This document shows positions 56,070 to 64,000 of a DNA stretch of 64,000 nucleotides, piece after piece. Position numbers and translations under genes: made by a program. The stretch comes from a virus (lineage: Duplodnaviria > Caudoviricetes): the IMG/VR virus record IMGVR_UViG_3300010352_001543; one strand, given 5' to 3'. The notes beneath the pieces are model-generated. The model was given only the letters and a program-made list of their open reading frames with translations, made no database searches and had not been told where the DNA came from. Within the stretch, counting starts at the first letter, position 1. Each line of letters opens with the position of its first letter.

Positions 56070-57338
56070 TTATAACATATATTTATTATTTTCTTCTTCT
56101 ATTTCGTCTGTTTCATGTCGTAATACTTCAAATGTATTTTTAAATGAGTAGATATCAGACAATGTAATTTGTTTAGTAACTGGCATATCAATTCCTAAAA
56201 CATCTATTAATTTTTTAGCTCTATCTACAGGAATTTTTGAAAATTCTTTCTTTGATAACAACCTACCACTTCTTAATAAGGCTGAATCTAATTTATGTTC
56301 AGTATTAAAGGTAGCAATTACTTGAAATCCTAACATATCATTTAAAATACCATCACTGAGATTTAAAATGTTAGATACACCATCACCCCCACCGTTGTCC
56401 CTACTATGCAGTAATGGTTCTGCATCTTCTATAATTGATATTAAATTCTTTTTGTCATCTTCTTGAGCATAATCCATAATAAAAGTAATGAAATCTGGTC
56501 TCATGATATTTACAACCATATCGGCAGAAACATATAAAAACCTTTTATCGTCTTGAGATAGATCTTTAATTAAATTTTTAATGCAGTAAGTTTTTCCGGT
56601 TCCTGGAAAACCATGAAAAATAACTAATCCTTTTGTGTTATTTTTTATTAAGTTTTTCAGATCCTTATAATATTGCTCAAATCCATTACCGTAATGTAAG
56701 TCTAAATTAGTAAAAGGTCCTATATTTTTCATTATATTAAAATTTCTTACTATAAATCCTATATTATTTGCTGTAACAATACCAACATCGGCGGTAACTG
56801 TATTTTTGACTTCTCTATGTTTTTTATAAATATTTTTAATATTTTCTACTTCATCATTTAATGAAACATCATATACTACACAAGAAAAACAGGTTTCTGG
56901 TTCTTTTGTTTTATATAAATAATATTCGATATCAATATACAATTTTTCTTTTAATTCAAAAGAAATGAAATAGGTTCGTTCAATATTTCCTTCTGAACTT
57001 CGATTAAAAATACATTTAATATCAGGATAATTGATTTTTAAATCTTGTATGATGGTTATTAAATTATAATGCCAATGAAAATTATATTCGAAAGGAAATT
57101 GTTTGTGTTCTCTTATAAAATAATACGTAGACGAGAACATTGGATGGTTGTAATTACCACCATCATTTCCTTCATACCTTGGAATTTGTTTATAGTTAAC
57201 CATTTTTTGTGGAATGGTTGATATTAATTCTTCCAATTCTTCTTTTCTTAATATTTTCTGACCTATACTTTTTTCTTTTGGTTTTAATCTTTCTGCCATA
57301 TCTTTCCTTAGAAATCTCCGTATTGTACTTGTAAACAT
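56070..57338 (-). CDS. AAA+ ATPase
   Basis: GFPGTGKT, IIEDAE, ATFN, ALLRSGRL. Confidence 0.88.
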   Translation of the reverse strand: MFTSTIRRFLRKDMAERLKPKEKSIGQKILRKEELEELISTIPQKMVNYKQIPRYEGNDGGNYNHPMFSSTYYFIREHKQFPFEYNFHWHYNLITIIQDLKINYPDIKCIFNRSSEGNIERTYFISFELKEKLYIDIEYYLYKTKEPETCFSCVVYDVSLNDEVENIKNIYKKHREVKNTVTADVGIVTANNIGFIVRNFNIMKNIGPFTNLDLHYGNGFEQYYKDLKNLIKNNTKGLVIFHGFPGTGKTYCIKNLIKDLSQDDKRFLYVSADMVVNIMRPDFITFIMDYAQEDDKKNLISIIEDAEPLLHSRDNGGGDGVSNILNLSDGILNDMLGFQVIATFNTEHKLDSALLRSGRLLSKKEFSKIPVDRAKKLIDVLGIDMPVTKQITLSDIYSFKNTFEVLRHETDEIEEENNKYML

Positions 57339-58291
57339 AAATAACCAGCATCACGCCACATTTTGACTACTGAATTCCGGTCATCAAGAATAAAATCAAT
57401 ATAGCTTTGTTTTCTAACTTGCTCAAATAATTCCATTTTGACTATTGAATCTTTCCTTCGATCATTCTTTGGACGCATAAACAGTTGTAGATTTTTCATT
57501 AACATGTTTGCTCTTAACATTCTATATTTTTCATCTTGAGCTGTATAATCAGGAAAAACTCGTTTCACATTTTCTAAATTAAACATTTTTTGTATTATCC
57601 ACCTTTCCGTTTCACTTCTACAAACCTCATCTCTTCCGGACATAAAAATGATTTGGTGTGTTGCTGCATACCTTATGACTATATCAACTACTGGTTGATT
57701 TATATCATCATTATAAACTTTACACCAATCAAATGGTCCTCTATCTTTTCTTATAGCAACCGTTCCATCAATATCAACTATGATCGTTTTTGGCATATCC
57801 GGGTCCTGCCATACATAAGGTGTAATAAATGTATCTTTATTCAATGTATCTGCAATTTCCTGTTGAGTTTTCTTTTCAATATACTTGGTGTACATTGATG
57901 TTATAACACTTTCCGGAACTTTCTTTTCTCTTAGAGAATTTCGCTTTAGTGCTTCATCCAGTGATACCTCAAAAAACTTAACTTCTATTACCAATTGTCC
58001 TGCTTCGATCAAGTCCCGGACAAGACCATAAATATGATGATAGTGTTTGTCTTCAAAATTAGTATCATCAACAATGACGCTCAGTCCTTCAGACAACGCT
58101 TTTAAAATTATTTGATCTCTAATTTCAATGATCATTTTTTCATTCTGTTTTGAAAATTTACTGGCATGGCACATTGCCCGGAGTTCATCTTTATTGGTTC
58201 TGATCCAACCCGGATTGTTTTTCAAGAATTCTAACGCCCATGTGGTCTTTCCACTTGCTGGGAGACCCTGTAGTATAGTTATTTTTTGCAA
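57308..58291 (-). CDS. pseT: Polynucleotide 5'-kinase / 3'-phosphatase (T4 Pnkp-like)
   Basis: GLPASGKTT, VDDTN; HAD motif DIDGT, SGR, DDR. Confidence 0.92.
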   Translation of the reverse strand: MQKITILQGLPASGKTTWALEFLKNNPGWIRTNKDELRAMCHASKFSKQNEKMIIEIRDQIILKALSEGLSVIVDDTNFEDKHYHHIYGLVRDLIEAGQLVIEVKFFEVSLDEALKRNSLREKKVPESVITSMYTKYIEKKTQQEIADTLNKDTFITPYVWQDPDMPKTIIVDIDGTVAIRKDRGPFDWCKVYNDDINQPVVDIVIRYAATHQIIFMSGRDEVCRSETERWIIQKMFNLENVKRVFPDYTAQDEKYRMLRANMLMKNLQLFMRPKNDRRKDSIVKMELFEQVRKQSYIDFILDDRNSVVKMWRDAGYLCLQVQYGDF

Positions 58292-58293
58292 TT

Positions 58294-59858
58294 TTATTCT
58301 CCATCTAATTTATAGTCGTTGGTTATCGTTCCAAAAGGAACTTCTATAATATATTTAATTTTGTCATGAATCCAATGGGAGTCATCAAAAAATCTATCAT
58401 AATCAAAAAATCTGTTATGTTCCGTGTTTTTATAAGTCATTCCTTTTGTGACTATTCTTGGTGTTGTTTTAGTATATACAACTGTAGCCTCAGAGCATTT
58501 TATCTTTTTTAAGGTAAATCCATTATGTGTTTTAACATACATTACATAATACATTTCTTCACCGATGACACCACTTGCGAAAAATAATCCGGACCGAAAA
58601 CTACCTTCTACTTGAGAATTATCTTTTAGTAGTTCTATATTTTCATAGTTATAAGCTGTTTTAATGTCCGGTGGAATATTCATACATATGATACCATAAG
58701 TAACGATACCAATTAAAAATCCAAATGCACTCATAACAAATTTAGCGAATAATAAGTAAAGAATATTTTCTTTTTTTAATACTATATCATTGGTTCGATA
58801 CTCATAAATTAAAGTGGAAACTATTGCTATTATAACGGCACTGGCTATACAAATTAATGGTAATGTCATTTTAAATTATCCAATGGTAAAACAATTTTCA
58901 TTTTTAAAAACATCTGATTCTCCATTATCCAGCAGCCACAAAATTTATTATAAGTTGTGTTAGCAATTTCTCTCCATTGCTTGATGAAATATCCTTTGTT
59001 CCCTTTTCTATAATATATTCTTACCTTATCGTCTTTTCTTAGCTGTAATGAACGAATATAGTCCTTTCCGTTCAAAGCTATTCTATATTTATATTCATCT
59101 GTTACCAATAAACAAGGCGTTCCTTTAGAAGGAACTTCGGCTAACTCATATTTATCGTAATGGTAAGTATAGTCCGGTTTTACAAACAAGAACATAACAA
59201 AAAAATATAATATTGCGCCACAAAGAGCACCTGTTAATGCAGCGAACCCAAAAGTATCATCTGCTATATAAGATATTAAACCGAATATAACGGCAACTCC
59301 AATAATTAAAATCCATACTAACATTTCTTAGTCTCCTGCTATCATAAAAATAACTAATATCCATATAATCCATAGTAATAACAATTCCATTTATTTACTC
59401 TCCTTTGGTAAAACAATAATATATTTTTCATACTTTGGTTCGAATCCACATTTAAAAATCATGTTCCTGGTAGTTTTCGGATACTCTATCCAATATTTTA
59501 TTAGTAGATATTTAGCGCCTGAAATTTTGAAATTTGTTTCTGACTTATCGATATATCTTATCGTTTCAAAATCATTTTTAACTATCAGAACTTTGTATAG
59601 GCCTTCGTTCAGTCCATCACCATTTCCAAAATATTGATCATTCCCTTCAATGTCTTTCATCTTCATCAGCTCATATTTTACTGATCTTTTTACAGTATCT
59701 TTATCAGCAGCAAGACTTATCATTATTCCTATTACCGTTCCTACAGTAAATCCGAAAACAACGCCACTTAAAACAGCCATTCCAAAATCATCAGTAAGTT
59801 TAAGCGTTATAAGCAAAGCTGCTATAAAAATTATAAAAATACAAATCCAAATAAACAT
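58294..59858 (-). CDS. Three tandem related two-TM membrane proteins (58294, 58866, 59391)
   Basis: Same architecture; paralogous to 5901..6461. Confidence 0.65.
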
Positions 59859-60231
59859 ACATTACTCACATACAAATTTAATTGTTGATTTATTATTTTC
59901 TTCATTTAAAAGTCGATTGATAATTCGAGCATTATGTTCGAACTGCGATGAATAAACCGATCTATTAGAATTTATATCTACTACATGATACTCGCTACAT
60001 ATATCTATAACGTGTTGTTTCCTAACATCAAAACGGTCTGGATTTATTTTTTCTAAAAAATATACAATAAAATCTTCTTTTACTTCTACTATTTCTTTTT
60101 CCAGTGTACTCCAAAACGTGTCTATTGTCATTTTTATTTTTATGTTAGTATCACTAGGTACTGCTTTGAATGGAAGTCCTATTTTCAAAGCACTGAAATT
60201 TACCTGACCTATTGTTATAAATTTATCCATC

Positions 60232-60525
60232 TTATACTCCGGTCGAGGCAAATCGTGGAACAAAACCATTTATAAATGTTGCAGTTTCCCGGTTGATATT
60301 ATTCTGAATACCCGATATATCATGTACGAAATTAAAATCATCAGCTACCAACAATTCATCCAATTTCAAATCAAATTCAAGATATGCCAACGCTATATCC
60401 ATCATTAATGATAGTACTGAAGTGTGTTGTATTTGTAAACTTTCTGCTCTGCTGGCAATTTCTGAAATTATTTGTAATTTTGGTTTAATTTTTTCTGTAT
60501 TTTCATATTCTGTTAATTTACTCAT
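60232..60525 (-). CDS. DUF6874-like protein
   Basis: LMMDI...L.LDELL.ADDFNF.HDI.GI...I.R......F.PRFA. Confidence 0.65.
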   Translation of the reverse strand: MSKLTEYENTEKIKPKLQIISEIASRAESLQIQHTSVLSLMMDIALAYLEFDLKLDELLVADDFNFVHDISGIQNNINRETATFINGFVPRFASTGV

Positions 60526-60536
60526 TTCTAATTTTC

Positions 60537-60971
60537 CTATCGTCTGATAAAAACATGTTCTAAAATGTCACAATGAAACGTTTCTTTATATAAAATAGCA
60601 TTAGTATCAAACCAAAGGCATTGTAAATTTTCATTAAAAAATTCATCATCCGAATCTGATTGAATACGAGACACTGTCATTTTTGGTCCTGGTATTCCTT
60701 TGACTTGAACAACATCACCAAGTTTATCGCACATATGAACACCGCCTTTGTAATTACCACGTTGGATAATTGCTTCAGGATCATCTTTTTCTGTACAAAA
60801 TGTCCAGCCGTATTTCAATAATCTGTTACCATGTTGGAAGCATCCATCATAAACCATGATACACATATCGTCGATAATTAATCTACCATTTCCGTAGTAG
60901 TCAACAAGAATGATAACTTTTTTATCATTTATCGTTTTTTTAACTGCCCAAGACAAATCTGCCATTTTCAT
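60537..60971 (-). CDS. Protein with C-terminal YodC/DUF2158-like domain
   Basis: GDVVQVK..GPKMTV...C.WF......F....L. Confidence 0.6.
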   Translation of the reverse strand: MKMADLSWAVKKTINDKKVIILVDYYGNGRLIIDDMCIMVYDGCFQHGNRLLKYGWTFCTEKDDPEAIIQRGNYKGGVHMCDKLGDVVQVKGIPGPKMTVSRIQSDSDDEFFNENLQCLWFDTNAILYKETFHCDILEHVFIRR

Positions 60972-61013
60972 ATTTCCTAAAATTATTAGTTTTGTTTTTA
61001 AATATGATATATA

Positions 61014-61038
61014 GACGTAGCAAATTAATTTTTAGTGT
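61014..61038 (-). promoter_or_regulatory. Promoter motif copy 14 (variant ACACTAAAA)
   Basis: N12 spacing to CGTCTATA, followed by the conserved leader ACTAATAATTTTAGGA. Confidence 0.6.
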
Positions 61039-61245
61039 ATAACTCTTGCTTAATTTTTTCACAAACTTCTTGAAGTGTTCCTATTGTTCCGAGAAGAGTT
61101 CCGTACTCTAAACTCCAGGGTATGTTCGGATCACTTGAAGGTCCTGATATGCCCGGATGGCCGCAAAGTTTGTCATTGTTATCTGCCACCATAAACCAAA
61201 GAGAAGTCGCTTCTCTTTGTATTGCATCAATTCTTTCTTTTCTAT

Positions 61246-61506
61246 TTATCCGTTCCATTTTTTATCTTCCCAATAATAATGATATCCGTCATACCCTACC
61301 TTCTTCCAATCATCATAAAGATTCATTGTAGATAATTTTCTTTTTGATAATTCTTGAATGACACTGGCTAAACAAAGCCATCTTGTTTCACCTTCTAAAC
61401 ACAGAGGAAATAACAAGAATTTTTTCTTTATTCTTATTCGTTTAGTTAATTTCGGTAGTTCATAGTATAAATTTCTTAATTTATTTTGCTTTGTTATCCA
61501 TTTCAT
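61246..61506 (-). CDS. Small phage protein (FLLFP...RWL family)
   Basis: ORF. Confidence 0.6.
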   Translation of the reverse strand: MKWITKQNKLRNLYYELPKLTKRIRIKKKFLLFPLCLEGETRWLCLASVIQELSKRKLSTMNLYDDWKKVGYDGYHYYWEDKKWNG

Positions 61507-61820
61507 TACTCATCCTCATCATAGTCATCATCTTCGTAATCATCTCCATTATAAGCAAAAGGATCTACACATGCTTCTTCTTCACCATCCCAACCAACAA
61601 ATTTCCAGCGATAGTGTCGATGATCACTGGCCGTTGGAACGCGATCACTATGATAACTTTTTATTTCATACTTAGCTGTCACAACAGTTAGCTACTTAAT
61701 CTTACCATTTACCTTTGTTGGAAACAGCAAGAAGTGTCTTCTTAGTTTAGTTATTTCACTTGGAGTTATGTGCGAGATATATTGACATCTCAATTTCTCT
61801 TGTCTACTAATCCATTCCAT
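61506..61820 (-). pseudogene. Paralog of 61246..61506 with internal TAG (61692-61694) at the conserved Trp position
   Basis: MEWISRQEKLR...FLLFPTKVNGKIK*L versus MKWITKQNKLR...FLLFPLCLEGETRWL; the frame continues to TAA at 61506. Confidence 0.7.
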
Positions 61821-62098
61821 TTTTTAATTCCCATTAAATTCTTGTTCAGTCATTCGTATTAATTTATTGTCAATTCCTGAAATGCCCAGAAAGTAACTAT
61901 TCCATCCATCCATTAAATACCATTCTGTTATATCTTCATCGAATACATCATTATGAGCAAATAATAATTCACTGCCTCTCTTATCTACTTGCCTTTTATC
62001 GATATAGTAATCATGGTAACTTATCGATTCTATTCTTTCAAATTGGTTCATGTCTAAACCATTTGAATATTTTGATAGGTCTATCATTTCTATTTCCT

Positions 62099-63169
62099 TT
62101 ATTCTGCATCTAAATTACGTTGATGAAATGGTTTTTCTGCTTTCGGTTTAATTAATTTCCAAATAAGCGATCTGTATTCATGGCCATCCATCATCTTAAA
62201 AATAATGCTACTAAATTCTTTGTGGTATTTCATAATATAAAGTGCCTTCTCTTTTCTTGTAGAGTCAGGCCAATCTGAAATATCCCAAAATATTTTGTTA
62301 GTAAATAACTCTATTCGTTTATACTTGTCGTTTAAATCTTTTATAACTTTCTTTACCCAATCGTAAAATTCATCCGGAACATTTTCAAGAATATAATCAA
62401 TCGATTCATTGTTGGACAACAACTCCCAAATACGACGTTCATTTATTCCGCACATCAATTTATGTAGCCGGCAGTACTCAGCATATTTTATCTTCATCCT
62501 GAACCCATTAAGAAATTTAACTACATAACCTTCAGCGTTTGTTCCATCTACTTTATCTCTAATTGTTTTATAATCACAATCATGATAAACTATCGGTCGT
62601 ATGAATGATAAGTTTCTTACGTCTTGACAATCTTTACCTGTTTCTGGATCTATAATTGTCAGTAATACCAATTCCTCTTTATCCCTGTAGTCACACACTA
62701 TCCTATTTTCCGGAAAAAGAATTTCGAAAATGTAGCTCTTTGACGGGTCCATCTTAAATAAATTATGAACATATTTTTCGAAGAGAAGACTTTCTGCTTT
62801 CTTTGCTTGATCAGAATTAAAAGATCCACGTGTAGCTGTACACCATTGCATTTTCCAATAAAATGCGATGATCATCGAACCATCGATTTTGTCTGATATT
62901 TCATACGGTAAATTTGGAATGTCTTTTCCTTTGTTTACTAATTCTTCATAGTTAAAGAATTTATCAAATGAGCGGGCAACTATATTATAATCTTTGTCTA
63001 AAATTAAACCACGACACATCATTGTCATCTCATCCCAATTTTGTTCGTATTGAGTTTGATTGGTATAGTTATAGATAAACAAATCACCTGTTTCATTTGT
63101 CTGAAAACGAATATAACCATCCTTGATGTGTTTGTTTAATTTTTCTATTTGATTAGGATTTAGTTTCAT
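62099..63169 (-). CDS. rnlA: T4 Rnl1-family RNA ligase
   Basis: CRGLI, ARSFDKFFN, KIDGS, TRGSF, FE...ENRIV, EGYVV, K.K..EY...H. Confidence 0.92.
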   Translation of the reverse strand: MKLNPNQIEKLNKHIKDGYIRFQTNETGDLFIYNYTNQTQYEQNWDEMTMMCRGLILDKDYNIVARSFDKFFNYEELVNKGKDIPNLPYEISDKIDGSMIIAFYWKMQWCTATRGSFNSDQAKKAESLLFEKYVHNLFKMDPSKSYIFEILFPENRIVCDYRDKEELVLLTIIDPETGKDCQDVRNLSFIRPIVYHDCDYKTIRDKVDGTNAEGYVVKFLNGFRMKIKYAEYCRLHKLMCGINERRIWELLSNNESIDYILENVPDEFYDWVKKVIKDLNDKYKRIELFTNKIFWDISDWPDSTRKEKALYIMKYHKEFSSIIFKMMDGHEYRSLIWKLIKPKAEKPFHQRNLDAE

Positions 63170-63966
63170 TTATGTTCATCCATTTAAAATCATTATCTGT
63201 GCTTGATATAGTTATTGTAGTTTCCCACTCAAGAGGTTTTCTGCCGGATGGTCCTTGATCACCGGTTGGTCCTGTTAGCGGTCCATCTATACCAGGAACT
63301 ATTTCAATTTCAAACGGAATTCTCGGAAGTCCAAGAGAAGGACATCTAACAACCGGTATTTCTTCTTCCGGTGGAAGAACTTCAAATATTTCAATTCTTC
63401 CATTTCTGATGTTCATGAATAAAATTAAAGATTCTTTTCCATTTTCATCTTTAACAAAAAATGATTTATCAAATACTTTAACAACTGTATAGACTTGAGC
63501 ATTTCTGAATGGTGTTCCTAATTGCCAAGGGTCATTCATATAAGTTATTACTGGATTACTCATAACCAATCTATTTCCCGGTTTAAGAGATTTAAGTATT
63601 TCTTCTATCAAGCTATTTTTTTCATGAATGAACAAATCTACTTTCTTTTGTAAATCAGCATTCTCCTTAATTAACAATCCATTTTCTTTTCTGAGATTTT
63701 CAATTTCTTTTTTCTTATTCATCTATACTATTTTCATCCAAATGATTGACAACATCAACAAGTTCTATATTGTTTTTTATAATATCTTCATAAGTAAAAA
63801 TTTCATTAAAATAGGTAGGAATTGTATTTATTTTTGTTCCGGAAAGAACATAAGTATCATTCGTTTTTAATTTTCTTAAGAAATCATTTTCGAAATATTC
63901 ATTTATGTATTTTACTTTCATAGAGTAATCATTTAGTGTAGTTACTCTACCTTCAAATGTGGACAA
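63153..63966 (-). CDS. Two hypothetical proteins (63153..63722; 63715..63966, possibly extending past the window)
   Basis: ORFs. Confidence 0.5.
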
Positions 63967-64000
63967 ACTAGGAGGAATATACGGACCATTAAGTGTAGTT

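Noticed and set aside
5901-58869. Paralog pairs as DGR template/variable repeats
   Set aside because: No reverse transcriptase is present in the window and both copies are intact coding genes; I saw no adenine-specific mismatch pattern.
1722-61038. Dispersed repeats as a CRISPR array, attC sites or MITEs
   Set aside because: They are not regularly spaced, and no cas, integrase or transposase gene or target duplication is visible; position and structure fit terminator plus promoter.
2730-61820. Alternative genetic code (stop reassignment)
   Set aside because: Internal stops are rare and of all three types, and TAA, TAG and TGA all terminate normal genes that are closely followed by new starts.
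615-63870. All plus-strand ORFs in the track
   Set aside because: They lie antisense to well-supported minus-strand genes, have F/S/I/L-rich shadow composition and show no motifs.

Overview
AT-rich window with about 150 short, tightly packed genes, essentially all on the minus strand. It looks like the accessory/host-takeover region of a large T4-like (jumbo) phage; two secreted proteins with T9SS-type C-termini suggest an FCB-group host. Recognisable functions are NAD+ salvage (NAMPT plus NadM-Nudix), RNA repair (Rnl1, Pnkp, DRB0094-type ligase, phosphoesterase), an AAA ATPase, a poly-gamma-glutamate hydrolase, a methyltransferase, a nucleotidyltransferase, two ADP-ribosyltransferase-like proteins, an orphan HicB domain, five YopX proteins and a degenerate terminase ATPase paralog. 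Structure the ORF track misses: (1) a 31-aa GHC-repeat peptide translationally coupled to a radical SAM enzyme, a candidate phage RiPP system; (2) about 10 unrelated proteins sharing a T4-like capsid-targeting leader (..EF(L/I)NE), clustered behind an AATATATA motif; (3) 14 copies of an ACAATAAAA-N12-CGTC promoter, 7 of them fused to a conserved terminator hairpin; (4) a tRNA-Leu-like RNA with a broken anticodon arm and a second GC-rich structured RNA; (5) several genes split by single stops or 1-nt frameshifts. All functional calls come from motif recognition by eye; no searches were run.
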